Below, in pieces: positions 12,001 to 27,000 of a DNA stretch of 64,000 bases. A model generated the notes under the pieces. That model was not told the DNA's origin. It was given only the letters and a program-made list of their open reading frames with translations, and searched no databases. A program made the translations under genes and the position numbers. Where the stretch lies: the NCBI GenBank assembly GCA_009602725.1, contig WELB01000011.1, positions 794,748-858,747 on the forward strand. Reading direction: 5' to 3'. Origin of the DNA: Spirogloea muscicola. Taxonomy: Eukaryota. Position 1 is the stretch's first letter; each line of letters opens with the position of its first letter.

Positions 12001-15000
12001 TGGTTGGCTTACTCTCATGGAGCGCACCTTGTTCTGCTGGACGGCCTTGGCCTTGGTATGAGCGCGTAAGAGCTCTAGAGAAGTAAAGCCTTTTGCATTT
12101 TGCTATCTCAAATCTGCCAGCGGCATTTTGCATACCGCTAGCCTGAAATCAAATCGTCAGAAGCAGGATGCATCTTCTATTGATCATCTGCCTGTGTGGT
12201 TAGCAAATTGTCACCCAGCTTGGGATTTGTGGCACTCACTATCACAGGGATGGGGTTAGGCGAAGGAATTGCATCGCAGCTCAGAGCCAAGTGTTTCCAG
12301 TTCCTTCTTGGGCAGATACCTCAGGTCTGTGCCACAATCAAGCTCAATTCTTTCACACTAGCAGTTGAGACGCTTTCATATTGCTTGAGCTGAGGATTGT
12401 GCTCAGCAACCTACAGATGAATGTCTGCAGGAAGCTAGTGATTCACAATCCGTATATGTTCTGCCATTTCAGGAGCACAGGGCAAGAGTTGTTGGGTCAT
12501 GCCAGCCCTCCAGATTGCCTTCTACTGATGGAGAAAGCAGCAAAAAAGACATGGAGGGCCCTGACATGGACATGTTTGGAAAAGATCCGTTCTTCATTGC
12601 AAAAGGTCAGTCAACAGTTTTTTCCGTGGTTGGTTGACTCCACCACAGTGCACGAGTGTTGTTGGCTATGAAAACTGAGTGCAAGGGTGTCAGGTGATTC
12701 TTCGCTATGGTTGCCTTACTCGTCCATCCATATAGCAGTAACACTAGAACGTTGCTCACCTGTGCTCGTCTTTGATCACACCTTTCAACCAGGCTCACAT
12801 GCCGTTAAGGGTGACATGTTCGACATGGCAGCACCGACAACAAGCCGTAATGCCATGCGCGTACTTCGTGCCATGCAGCTCTCCAAAGCTGGTGCTGAAC
12901 GTGCTCGCAGATTGATGTCTTATGTTGACTTGACTGTGAGGGTACAAAAGCAATAGAAGGACGTTAAAATTACATGACTGTCATATGTCTTGCTTCCAGA
13001 CCAGCAAAAGTATAATGATAAGCATCACCTCGGTGCCAAGCAAGCTTCATAACCATACCTGGTACAACCAGTGGTGAAAACAGTCTGGTCTGTGTCAGTT
13101 CTGCAAGGACCAGCTTGTGCTCCTGATCACTGCAGTTTTGGTGGAGGGCAGCCCAGGGATCGGCAAGACCAGTCTGGTGTCAGCCATTGCCGCCGCGTCC
13201 GGTCATCGACTTGTGCGCATTAATCTCTCAGAGCAGGTCCATTCGATTCGTCTCCTGGTTACTTCACAGCTAGCTAGTTTGCACTTAGAGGTGCTAACAT
13301 GGTGCTTATTGACAATTCTTGAGGTCCAGAAATGCTGGTGCTAGCAAGTAAGAGGTCGAGGCGCTTACATCTGTTGCCTTCATGTGGAATTGCAGACAGA
13401 CATGATGGATTTACTGGGGACTGATTGCCTGTGGACGGTGGTCAAGGCGGCGAGTTCGCATGGTCTGACGGCGTCTTCCTTCAGGTTTGCTTGGCTGGAC
13501 TGAAGAAGCCCTATGGCCTTATGAGGCACTGACTGTTTTTGGTGCCGTAACATTTTTGTGTTGATGGGTGTCATGATTGCTACTTGCGGCTGCTGACTAG
13601 TCTCACGGAGCCGCCATCCGTAGTGGTCAAGTAATCTCTTGGGTGGATTACGCTTTTCCTTTGTGTTTTGTCCAAATTCAGTGAGCAGGCCTTCTTTACC
13701 CATCGCCCCCTTTGAAAAATCTTTACCTCACAAGATGCAACCAGTTTCAATCATTGCATGACAGGCTCTGAAGGCAGGTGACTGGGTGCTCCTCGACGAG
13801 CTCAACCTGGCCTCCCAGTCAATTTTGGAGGTTAAGTCTCGTGTCCTGAAATGAGCAGATAATACAATTTTGCCATATAGATGCCACACACTCATTGTTG
13901 AACCTAGCTTGTCTTGACTCCTCACAGCAGCAGCTTTTCCTTTTTGCCTCAAGTATTACAGTGCTCCTTTGGTATTTTCTTGCTTTCTTTGGCTGAGCTT
14001 CTGTACGAAGCTTGTGTAATGTAAGCCAGGCTGTACTGAAAAATAGCTGGAAAATTGCCAGGGCTTGAATGCTTGCCTGGATCATCGTGCGGAGGTGTTT
14101 ATGCCAGAGCTTGGGAAGTCCGTCAAGTGCCCCCCTTCCTTCCGGATCTTTGCCTGCCAGAACCCGTTGCAGCAGGGAGGTGGACGGAAGGGACTTCCCA
14201 GATCGTTCCTCAATCGATTTACCAAGGTCATAATTTAGCACCTTGAATGCCGTCCGAATGACCATTTTTCACAAAAATCTCAAGGCTGTCATCACATGGT
14301 AGGACTTGCCGAGATGGTCGCTAAAAAAGGCAACCAAGTTATCAAGGTTGGGTAACGCTAACTGCCGTGGCCCTCCTTGTCATTGTCACAACTGTTGCAG
14401 GTCTATGTGGAGCTCTTGGAGAGCCAAGACCTACACTTTATTGCAGCAGCCCGTCACCCTGGACTCCCCGAGCAGCAGCTTCTTAAGATGATCGACTTCA
14501 ACCAGCATCTGTACCAGGATACAATGGTCGCCAGGAAATATGGCCATGCCGGAGCCCCGTGGGAATTTAATCTGCGAGACGTGCTTTGGTGGTGCAGCCT
14601 CCTTGAGCAAGGTCAGTGAGACGCTCGACTTCACCCTGCTCTCTTCCAGCAACACGATTGGTGCAAAATCCTGCCTGTGCACTTACAGACGGTCATGGTC
14701 AAATGTGATGTGATGTATTGTAATGTAAATGTAATTGTAATATTTACAAATTTCTGTCTACATGCATTTGGATCCTCTCCCAGAAGGACCAAACGGGAGC
14801 CCAGCGCAATTTCTCGACCTCGTGTACCTCCAGCGCATGCGGACGGCCGAGGACCGCCGCCAGGTGCTCGCGCTCTTCCAGCAGATCTTCCAGGAGGACG
14901 TGCACATCGAGACTCATCCAAGACTTATCCTGACTTCCGAGGAGCTCCGAGTCGGCTCGGCAGTAGTCCAGCGCATGCAGGGGACCTGCGGGGCGTCTGA

Positions 15001-18000
15001 GCCGGCAGCTGCGTATCCACAGCTCCTGCCGGGTGCCATGAATGCACTGGAGAATCTGGCGCACGTTGTTTGTCAGGGCTGGATGTCCATCGTCGTTGGG
15101 ACGGCAGCAAGTGGCAAGACATCCCTGGTGCGCCTGCTCGCCTGCCTCGCCGGCGCGCGCTGCCACGAGTACGCGCTCACGAGCGGCACGGACACCACGG
15201 AGCTCCTCGGCTGCTTCGAGCAGCGCGACACGTCGCAGGCCCTGCGCCACCTCGAGGGCAGGGTGGCGGAAGCGGTGGAGTCTGCCTGCGGCACCTTATT
15301 GTCGTCAACAGAAGATGCTCGGTCTAGTGGCAGTCTGCAGCAACAGCGTCTCCAGAGCTATCAGAGGCTGCAGGTGAGCATTGTATATCAAGGCAGCCTT
15401 CCAGCCCTCCTTCTTGTCCCAGTGTGAGGAGCCAAGGACCTGCTCTTGTGCCCATGAGCATGCATAATTTAGTCTTGACGACATGGCTGGCTTCTGTAGA
15501 ACCACTGTGACCAATGGCTTGAGTCACGCTGTGTCACAGGGGCTGTGGGCCAGCTTCAAGCAGAAGGCGCGCTGTGCTGAGCAAGACACGGACTTGAGCA
15601 GCAAGTCAGAGGAGCAAGTCAAGGTGGGGAACATTTTGGCATTGGACAGCGTGATGGAGGAGCTTGAGTCTGTCGCCAAGTACAGCGGTTTGGAAGCAAT
15701 TTCAGTTCCTGTTACAGAGCTGAGGGCGGAGCTATGTGCTCTGAGAGAGGCTGCCGGCGTGAGCAACGTGGGACGGTTTCAGTGGGTGGACGGCGTGCTT
15801 CTTAAGGCCCTCGAACGAGGCGACTGGGTTGTCCTCGACAATGCTAATTTCTGCAATCCAAGCGTAAGGACTAGGCCCCAATTTGCAGTATGATGCAAGT
15901 TTGCTACTTCAGAGTGCAGTAGCCTTGTTGTACAATCAGGCATGAGAATTCATGCAGTAAGTTTACTCAGCGTTTGCTTCTGCACTCCAGGTGCTGGACA
16001 GGCTCAACCCCCTTCTGGAGCCGGGCGGCTGCATCCTGGTGAACGAGCGCGGCATGGTAGGAGGCCGTGCCGTGGTTGCCACGGCGCACCCGCGCTTCCG
16101 CCTCTTCCTCCTCATGGACCCTGCGGCAGGCGAGGTGTCTCGCGCCATGCGCAATCGTGGCGTTGAGATATTCCTCCTCCCGCCCAACTGGCAGAAGGAT
16201 GGCCCCGAGGAGCCCCTTGGTGCTGTCCTCGACGCCCACAGGAACACCAGCTGCCAGCTGCTGGTGGACCTTGGCTTGTACCGGCGCACCGAAGGGCCAC
16301 TGTCACTGACACCCACAGACACCAGCTTCAGGGACAGCTTGCGCATCCTGGCACTGGCCGGCATCCCGGGTTGGCATCTTCCAGCGGCCATGAGCAGCGC
16401 GCACGAAGAGGCCCAGGCCTTGAGCAGGACTGTGACAACGCGTGAGCTCGCTCACTGGGCCTCCCTGACGTCCGCGCTCCTGGTGCAGGGCACACCCTCA
16501 GACTGCAGCTTGGCATCTGGGTGGCTCCACACATACCGGCGTCACTCCAGCGGCACACTTGATGGCTCGGCACTGCAACACGTCTTCGATCGCCACATGC
16601 ATGATGGTCAGATTGGTGTGCCAGAAGCCCTTGGCGTGTCCTTGGCAGTACCGCTGCAGGCGTTGCTGCAGGATCCAGAGGCCACCAGAGTCTTGAGCGA
16701 GGGCCATCTCCTGGCGGTTACCGCGGTGACGAGCATTGTGCGATGTGCTTCAGCACTCTGGCGCGACCTGGTGCAGCAGCAGGGCCTCGAGAAGGCCGCC
16801 TCTCAATGGCAACAGCTGCAGATGTTTCTGACTCGCTTTGTCCCTGCCGACGTTCTCCAGTCCCGTCTCCTGGCAGCTCAGAAAGAGGTGACCTGTCAAG
16901 CTGCCGAGGTGGAGGACCTTCAGCTGCGATATGCTGGGCTATCTTTTGTAGAACTTGCAGACTCAGCTGATGCTCCAATAAGGCTGCAGATGCTGGAGGC
17001 ATGGGCGACAGTCCTGCAGGGCTCAACAAGTGGCGCTGCCAGCATGCTCGGGCGGCTAGCTGCAGCATATGGCGCAGAGCTGGCGCACCCAATCTCAATG
17101 GAGGGCTTGAAGCAGCAGCCAGCTGAGAGCGCCAACCTCATGCGAGCTCTGGAGGCACTGCGAGCCGCCCTTTGGCAGGGCCTGAAGGAGGCCGACATCC
17201 TGAGAGCAGTGCCGCAGGGGTCAGGCGGTAGCCCCATTCAACAGTCCTTCCGGTACTGCACGCGGCTGGACGAAAGGCGGATGTTTCAGACCTCGCATGC
17301 CATGGTGGCGGTCCTGTACCCGCTCTTTTGCAGCCTCCGGCAGCTCGAGGAGGCCGCTCTTGTGGAGGCTGTGAACAACGCCTGGAGTCCCCAGCTGCAT
17401 GTCTCATTTGTTGCGGTGCTCGAGTGGCATGCGGCGATGTGGTGCCTTGTCTGCGAGCTGGAGCTAGACAAAACAGCTTTCCTGCTCACATGGCGGAGCC
17501 TCAAGGCAGCCCTGATGGAGCTGCTCGACTATGTCAAGCAAATGGGATTCTCCGAGTCTGATAATCGGGTCCGCTCACACTTTACTCTCAGATGTTTCTT
17601 GCCCTGCTTTATTCAGCCAAGAAAGCCTGCAGATTGGCACGTCCATGCGAAACTAAAAGCTTGACATGAGAGAAATGCTCAGAAAGATGTGATCTGACAT
17701 GCAGGTCCAGGGCGTGACACAAGTTGCACACATGTTGGACCGAGCTTGGGGCCTTGCTGGTGGCCCAGCTGGTCAGCCGCTGTTGTGGGAACACGGCGGT
17801 CACCCTCCTGTGGCACCCTCGCTGGAGCTCTTTCAGGAGGACGCCAGATTGCTGGCAGTCTGCGAGAGCCTCAGCACCCACCCTCTGCCAGGTCTCCAAG
17901 ATGCCTGTCCAGATCAACCAGGATGGAGCACAGGAATTGCTCAACTTAAGCAATCTCAGCGATTGATGCGATTCTGTCTTTTGGGTCCTGTCCTGACATC

Positions 18001-21000
18001 GAGAAATATGGCTGGCAGATGGCGACAGAGCATGGGTTGCGAGCACCAGCACGCGCACGCGCTGGTTGGCCATGGAAGGCCTTTCCCTACTGCGCTGGTA
18101 CAGCCAGCTCAGAGCAGACGCCAAGACGTGCTCCCTGGTTCCTGAGAGGACCTTCGAAGTTGGCGTCCTCCTCAGGTCATCGGAGGTACCTGACTCCTGC
18201 TTCTCTCATAAGGCCCCAGTCACTCACCAAAAAACCAGTCCTCATAGTCTGGTGGTACCTCGCTCAGCTTATTGCAGCTGCGTGCTAACAGCTTTGGAAG
18301 TATGCTGCAGCTTCTTGAGGAGCGAGTACAAGCGGAGAGGGCCAGTTACTCTGCACCTCATTGGTGTGACCTTGTCCCGACCACGGAGTCTGAAGCGGAT
18401 GATCGGCGGGGAACAGGTAGGCCCGCTGCGATTCCCAGCCAGCCTGCTGAGGTGGCCCAGCTCGAGGACACTGTGGTACCAGTTGCTGCCGCTGCTGGAC
18501 CAGACAACGCTGGTGAGAGACCTGGACTTGCTCGCGAGGCTTGCAAAGGCCGTGTATGTCTGCTCCAACAATGGCATGGACGCCCATCAGTGCATACACG
18601 ATCAGGTACTTACTAGCTGCAGTCAGTGTTTCAATCCAGCTTTGCATGTTGTGATACTTCTTCATAGAAGTTGCTTGTGCATGTGTCATCATCATATTGG
18701 CCGCCCAAAGTACTGCTTGTTTGAGTTGGCAGGTTATCATTGAAGACTTGAAGCAGGCGCTGGATTATGGATTGGCAACGTCATCTCGATCGCCAGCGGA
18801 CTTCGTGACCCACCAGCACCTCATCTGGCTCATGCAGGCTCGCCAAAGCCAGCAAGTCTCAGGTGCTTGGCTGCCCACCGATAGCCGTTGTGCTGCACCC
18901 AGCATCATGATGCATTCCAGCTGTCTAAGTTGACATCCAATATTCATAGTATTATACAATGGTCAGCTTTGACAAGTCACCATCTTTTCAAAGACTTGCT
19001 TGAGATAAGGAAGGAAGACCTTTCAAAATCTCAGGTCTGCACATCTACACATTCTTTGACGTGCAGACACAGTAGGCGATGCCCAGGTTATGCGAGTGAT
19101 GTTGCAGGAGCTGTGGTACCGGTGGCATGCAGCTAATTGGCAGAACACATCAGCCAATGTGCCACCGTCACTCGTCAACGACCAGGATCCTGGCTTGGAG
19201 CAGGGCCTCCTGCTTGGAGCAGGGAGCAGGGTTGGTGCCGTCTCCTAGTTGCAACTGCCCGGATGATCACTGTCATGGTCACTTCATCTGAATCATGCTA
19301 CCAGAAGAAGTATTCAGTAGTCACATATGTCTATTTGATCAATCTTAATTTCTGGATGCCTTAGCTGCTGCAGATTGTGGTCCTGGATGTCCAATGTGAG
19401 CATGTTGTGTCCTGGTGATGAGCTGCTCTGGTCGCAAACTTGTCGCCTGCCCCTGCTGGGTGGTGCTACTAAGACTTATGATGAAGCACTGCTAAAATGT
19501 CGTGTGTAATGGTCTGTTCTGCAGCAGCTTGCACAATTTGCAGCGACTGCAGGGCCTGCAAGGCTGTATCAGAGCTCACAGACCACCTTCACTGCTTCAC
19601 TGCTGTGAGACATTTGTCCTGCTCTGATGCATGTGCACTGTCCTGCAATGTGTACTGTTTGTAGGTCTGACAATCGATTTACAAGCCTTGTACCTAATAC
19701 TGCAGGATGACTGGAGCAACACCTATCAAGGATCACACTGCAAGGCGGCACCAACTTCAGCTGGCTGCTCAACACCTGTGGCAGCAAGCAAGTGAAGAAA
19801 AGTTGGACTCAGCAACATTGGACCTCAAGAATGCAAGCCATCTCTTCATGGAGGTCAGGGTGTAGTGCTCCTCCACTTTTGCAGGGCTTTCGGACTACAA
19901 GCTTATCAGTACATGCAGCATGTTGTATGTTTTGTCAATGTCCTCCACATGAAGCTATAGCAGACAATATTGGGGGTCGTTATAGTTGAGCTGGTGCAAT
20001 GACAAATCATGGCTGCACTCACTGAGAGCCCTACTAAGGCTGAGTTGCAAACATCTTTCTCATATTTGACCACGTGCTGACAACCCTGTCACACAGACAA
20101 TCTGGTCGCATAGGGCCTCATTTGCCTCCCAGGATGTGAACACCGTCGGCCTACTTATGGCAGAGCTTCATGCTGGCATTTTCCAGGTACTTGTGTAGTA
20201 CTTGCTGGGGTGCAAGCTTTGCAAGTAATATGTAAAATATATCTTAGACATATATTATTCATGGAATTGAATAAGATATGTAACATGATTTGCTGTGCTG
20301 CCTGATTGAGAGGATTTTCCTTCTGTACTTGACTGCAGGCACTGAGAGAGCCCATGCCGCGAATTTCTGACCTGGCTGCAATATTGAGCAGATCTACGCA
20401 TGCTAAACTCCGAGCAGTGTCGCAATCAAATATCCTACCTTGCGCCACAATTCTCTATGGCACAGCTTGGACAAGCACCATGCCTGAAGGTGTGGGATGC
20501 AAGCGCAGTGCATGCTCTAGTATTTCAGCATGTTACATGTGTGTCACTTTTGCAACCCCTGTACCATGTCATCATGTAGGCAAGTAAAGGGCAGCATAGT
20601 GACGACACCTACGGTTGCAATAATACAGGCTCTCAGGACTCAGCTGGAAGGCGAGGAAAAGTATGGACTCTTCTTGGTGCTGCACGACTCCACCTGCTAT
20701 TGCCCGCCGATGGATGCGATCCAGCTGCAAGAATTGCTTTTGAGAAGGAGCATCTGGAGAGGAAGTTGTCTGCATTGCGCGTTGAGATTGTTGTAAGCGC
20801 AAATTTTCGTAATAAAGACTTGTATATGCTGCTTGTGTTGGCTGAGATGTTTCAAATTATGTCAGTGAAGAGCTTGTATTCTGAGACCTGGCAGATGATT
20901 ATTGAGCGTGATGTATAAAGTGAGGCAACCCAATGCCTGTATTGTGCTGGGCTGCAGGTGCGAGAGGCATCCGAAGGCCTGAGAAGTGGGCAGCTGGGCT

Positions 21001-24000
21001 CCAGAAAAGTGAGGGCTCTCATCAGTCAGGCAGCTCGGCTCAAAAGAGAAATTGCTGAGCTGTCCAAGCAGGTATGCCTGTGAAGCTTTGCAGCATCACT
21101 CACAATGCAAGTGCCCAAGTGAAGCTTCTGCTGACACCTGATTCCTCCAGTCTCAAGCACACTCTGGCCCCTACAGCTAGACTGTCAGTTGTTGGAGAAA
21201 CCAGACAGACACCTTCAGAGCATCTTCCTGACCACTACATTCACCACAACATCTAGACGTGGCTACCTATGCTGACTGAGCCTGTTACATTTTTGATACG
21301 CGAGCTGCAACAGGTATGCCTGAGACCCAGCCCTCCACGATTTCATGCCCTTTTTGAAGACGTTACCCGCTTCTTTGCCACCTCAGCCAGCAGCCACAAG
21401 GTCCAGAATGTCATCGATCGTCTGGAAGGGTACTCTGGTGCAACAGAGGCACAGATCTTTCAGGAGATGTCAACATGGCAGGTGGAATGCTTAGGCTATC
21501 TTAATGACCTCGTGTGGCAGTTTGAGTCTGACTGTCATTCTGCATACCGGCTTGCTCTTTATCTCCTTGTGATCATAATCACAAATCACTGACAGGAGTA
21601 TTGATCATTGAGTAACACATTTTTGTGGTGGTTTTCAGGGCACAATCGCTCAGTTTATCAGTAACTTATCAACGCACTACCCAATGTACCGAGACATCTG
21701 TCAGCCCATCCAGCTGGCTCTGTACGAGCTCATGTACGGGTCCAGCATCATGCTTCTTCACGCCATTTCAAAAGGCCAGCATCAGAAATTGAACGTAAGT
21801 TCCACTTATTGGCATACGGTGACCTTGTGCTCCCACTGCCTGCATTGTAGGTGCTGCTCAGTGCAACTTTGAGCAGTGCCAATAGACAAGGTTTATTGAT
21901 GATCTGGGCTGGAACACCCCTAGTAATTTGAGATATGAATCATCACTCTGTAATAGCTCGTTCACACCTGCTTGCCGTTGGTCAAACAGGACCTACTCAT
22001 CAAGCTCATGGGATTCCCACATGTCATTATGGAGCCCAAAGTGGTCCAAGCAAGCCAAAGTACTTGCACATCACTAAAGCTGCCAGAAGATGCTTCGCCA
22101 GAGCTGCTGACTGAAGAGACAAAAGGAGCTCTCTGCCAGCTGTCGGCATCTACAGATAAGGTTTGAATTTCTCATCTTCTGCTGTTGTGGACAAGTGTAT
22201 TACACTTGACCATCTCATCCATGTATCAAGGACGGTGGCAGTCTCTTACAGTTGGTTCTCCTTCACCCTTTGAAGCAGGGTGGGGATTAGGGTTCTGAGT
22301 ACACCGTTAGATGAGTACACCGTTAGAAGTACAGTCATGAGTTGCAATCATGACTTGCACGGCTTGCGAGGGGGGTGTTAGCTGGCATCTCCATTTCACC
22401 AACTTGCTACACACGAGCAAATGAGTTCTTAGAAGGTGTGGCGTCCAGTTTGATGTCAACCAAGGCTTCAGCAAAGGAACAATCTTTCGTTTGGCTGATG
22501 ATGAGAAACAAAGTTTCAAGCACTTCAGAGCTTGCCTGTGAAGAAACAACTCTCCACTTGTTGAAGCCATCACACAGTTTATAAGGGCAGAGTGTGGGTC
22601 GTAGCATGACGATGCCATTTTTTGACAATCGTCCACTGACTGACAACCAAGTAGAATTAGGAAAAGGCAGGATGTATAACTTAGCATTGGATTGACTGTC
22701 TGCAGGATGTTGTTCTTGAGCTGGAGCTGAGCCTGCTTCATGTCTCCCTCATTCAGATTGCCCATCATAGCGTCCATGCAGGGTTCAAGAGCTGCTCAGC
22801 CATCCAGGTACATTAGTCATTCATGAAGTTAATGAAGTGGCTCATTTACAAGGTTTGCTTTGCCTGAACAGCTACCTGATATTGTTGATTGCATGCGTGC
22901 TGGAGCTTCGCAGTACGGCCGCTGATCCGATTGCATCTGGGTTGCCCCAGATTGTTGGAAAGACAATGAAGCGCTTTGCAGACATTTGGAGCACCATGAA
23001 AGAAAGTAGGAGGGCAAAGGAGCTGGCGCAGGAGGAGGAATACAGATACAAGGTGCAGACAACCACTCTGGAGACTGAGGACGAGCTGGACGAAGCTGCT
23101 TACCAAGCGCAATTTGGCGATCATCGGAAGACCTATGCTGACCTGGTTCCATCAGAGATAGCCTCTGCTGAAGAGGATGATGTGAGCACCCGTCTGCTCC
23201 TTGACTCAACAGCAAGTTTCACAAGCTCAAATTCCAACTAATTACTCTCATGAAATATGTCAACTCAAAGATCTGACGAAGTCCATCAATGCAGTATTAA
23301 GTGGGCAGATGAGTACTCAGTGTAAGGTATTGCCTAAACCAACAAATTGCCTCTATACCTTGCTGCAGGAAAGGGCAGACAGACCAGACGGGATGAAGGA
23401 CTCAGATTCAAAGGACGATGAGAATCATGGAGACTGCACTTGGCTATTGCTGCATGAATACCTGCTTGCCCGCATAGTTGAGCTTCACGATTGGTTCTTC
23501 ACCAGCAAGGTCAGTCCCAAACAGGGACATGGAATGAGATTACCTGTGATTGCTACTTAAGCTGTTGCAGCTGTCTACTGCTTGTGCTTGACCAACAGAA
23601 TACAGCTTTGGCCTTACACAGCAGTTGTTCCTATGTTCAGGGAGATGTAGCGGTATCAAGCAACAAGAGGCTCAATTTTTTCACCACATCCTACAGCGTT
23701 GGTTTACTTCTTCTCAAAGGTATGAAAGATTGAACTTCAGTTGTACTAGTCCCACTGCTGCACCTATTTGGTGTCACTCAGTGCAACCTGCTCCACTAAG
23801 GAGCTGCAGGGTTTCAGGGATAAGCAGCTATGTTTCACATGTTGAGATGCTGAACTCCATGCTGCATGTTCGTAAAGGAAGAATAGTCACTCACATCGCT
23901 CCCATGCTACAGTTGCATTCTGTTGGGACACACTTCATGCAGCTTGCTCTTATCAGGGGCCTTCAGAGCTCCAGAACGACGGAGCTAGTCAACTTGTAAA

Positions 24001-27000
24001 TTGCTGAAGCTCATGATACATGTTGGCAATGTGGCAGTACTTGGCATGGTGGGCCGGGCTGATATTGACAGTCAGGCACAACTGGGGCATCTCTTGCGTC
24101 TCTGTGTTGAGTACGAGCAAATCACAAAGGTAGCGCCAGCTTATGTGCGTCAGCACAGCTTCGAGTCATCCCAGGTAACCAACGTTTTTAAGTTTCCCTA
24201 GTCGTAGTTTTCCTATTCATTTAGTTGTGATATCTGTGTCCGAGTGAAGGCCTCCAGAAGTTTTCTTGATTTGAGTCATGAGAACATGGGCATCAAGCCT
24301 ATTATTACAGCTTGAAAAGACAGCATGCCAGTATAATGTGCACTTGTATTCGTTGGCCTCCGTGCAGGACACAAATGCAGCGGAGCTCAGCTTAATACTG
24401 AAGCCCTTGGCAGCACTGTTGCAGCGAGTGGGTTCTCTTCTAGATGAGTGGCCAGAACACCCAATCTTGATGCAGCTGGTTGCCATCTCCGAGCGTGTCC
24501 TTGGCTTGCCATCAAATGCTCCTCTCATGAAGGTGGGCTGCAGTCTCTATAATACCTCTTTGTGCACCTTGTGAGCACATCTTGCTGAGCTTGAATGCAT
24601 TGTGAGGTGAATCATGCTAAGCGTGTCGATTATTACTGACCAAGGAGATTAAGTCAAGCAGATTGCAACAGCAGGGTGCTTCACTGCGATGTTGATCTCT
24701 TTCATCCTCACTGTATCTTATTACATGGTTGCTCTGTTGCAGTTGAGCTGCCAGACTAGAACAATCAATGGTCCTTATGCTTGCGGTCTTGCGCCATTGC
24801 GCAGGCATTGGTGGGCCTGGAGCTCCTTGTGGAGAAGGCCCAGCTCTGGGAGGCAAATGCAGCCAATTTTGTCTCCCTTGCTGGTAAGCTGTAGTAATTT
24901 ATTAAGTGGAGCGCATCAATAATGGAATCACTAGTCAAGTACGGAAGGTTAGAGGCAATGGACTTGCAAGAATCCCGGCCTTCACACATCTGCGGGAAGC
25001 AGAAGGTCCAAGGTCTAAGAGACGTGGGCAGCACTCCCACTGAGACATCCCTCGTGTAATAAGCAGCTTCAGCATCATGTGCATTACTTGCTGGCACAAG
25101 TTGAAAGTCCTCACATGGAAGTGCTGTGAACCCGACAGCCAAGCTCGACGAGGTGTCGTGTATCATAATGAGGTGGCGGAAGCTGGAGCTTGCATCCTGG
25201 CCGCTCATGTTGGAGAGCATGCGACGCAAGCATGCGGATGCAGCTGAAAAGGCACGTGCACTCAGATGGCGCCAAGCAATCATGTACAATTTGCCCTTCA
25301 TGCTACCAAACACGACTTGCAGTAACACATTGGAACTTTATGCGCTTTGGCAGATGTGGTTCATGCTGTACGACCTCTTACACCGCCCACTTGGAGAAGA
25401 TCTAGAGGACTATGTAATGGCCACCATGAGCAGGTCTGAATCTGTTATCTGTATCCTTTGCAAGGGTTTTGCATCAATCTGGCACATGAGGTCAGATATA
25501 TCCACTGTAGTAAAGCTAGACTTGAGCTTCATGTCAACCTATGAAGAATGATAAGGGTTTCAAGCCATGCCCATGTCTGACTTTGCACACCCTGCCTTTC
25601 CTTTCAGCCTCGAGGAATTTTTGCAAACTGCAAGTTATGGGGATTTCCAGAAGCGTCTGAGGATGCTGCTTGCATTCCATCATCAGCTACTTCAGCAGCT
25701 GATGCTTGATAACTACACCCCGAGAGAGAGGTATCACAGGAGGTTTACTTGCCGTCATGACCTTGTCACCAAGGCTGCCATTTTTGCCCTGCAAATTCAT
25801 ACACATAGCAAGTGTATCATCGTATGACGGAATAAATTTTAGACTATATTTTGTGTCTCCGCAGAGTTAAGCAGAGTTAAGTGACACTATGGCAGTGCCC
25901 ATGTTGCTCGCAGAAGGCTGCAACTACAGATTGCAGATGTTCTCTTCAACTTGCACAGCTACTACAGCCAATTTCTTCCAGAGTGAGTCGTGCTCTGTGT
26001 GGCAGCAACCTCCTCGTTGATCTGCCATGTGAAAGTGCTCGAAGAGTTTGCCATCGGCGGCTTCTGATGATTGATGTTTAAGCTGCATGCAGACTGGAAA
26101 AGACGTTGGCAGCTGGCACCGGACCGCTTGAGCGAGAACTTAAGGAGTTTGTCAGGCTGGCCAAGTGGGAGGACCGCAACTACTACTCCATGGCCGCTTC
26201 TGCAGAGAAGGCCCATCGGAAGCTCCACAAGATCCTCAGGAAATTTGATGTATGTGTCGCACCATGTTTTGCAGCATGTCCTGAGTGGTCATTCAACTTG
26301 AAGCCTCGTGAGAATGTTTTCATTGCTGTAGTCAACAAGCTCTGAGCAGACTCTGTACATGCAATTCTTGTGAATTCATCAAAGTGCCGTAAAAGGTAAC
26401 ACATATGCTGTGCAGTACTGTACTCAGCATAAACAACCTGTCTTGAGCAGGTGCTACTGAAACAACCCATGCTGCAGCTTTTGACAAAAGTGTCCCAGAA
26501 AGCCGGGCAGTTGGAGGTTCTGGATGCCAGCAAGGTCACTAATACATCAAGTGCTAAGAAGGTTTCAACAAGGAGAGGCTTGACACAATCAGCCAATAAC
26601 TTGGAGGAAAGGTAACATTGTGTTTGTTATCGAGTGACTTCGGTCTATGCCAGAGCTCCTGCTTGAATGATCTACCTCCAAGTTGCAGTGTGGATGGATC
26701 TGCCAGGCTGGGTTGCTCAATATATTGTGTGTCCTGTCTTGAGCAGGAAAGAGCTTCAAGACATGTTGCGAAGCTTGACCGAGCAAGTCACAACACTGAC
26801 ATTGAGTAATTACAGTGCTCGTGCTGCTGACAGTATGGCAATTCTGAAAAATGGTAAGGTCTTCTATGAGCACACTGCTTCTAATGCTCATTTCTCCATG
26901 TTAAGAAGCAATATCAAGATGCTGTTTTGCATCAAGCTGTCAGACCTACATGCATCAATTCCTTTTTACTGGTTGTCTTGGCGATGCGCCCGTGTATTAT

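Noticed and set aside
11351..13430. Programmed ribosomal frameshifting or RNA editing as an explanation of the midasin indels
   Set aside because: No canonical slippery heptamer or evident stimulatory structure; mutation or assembly error is simpler.
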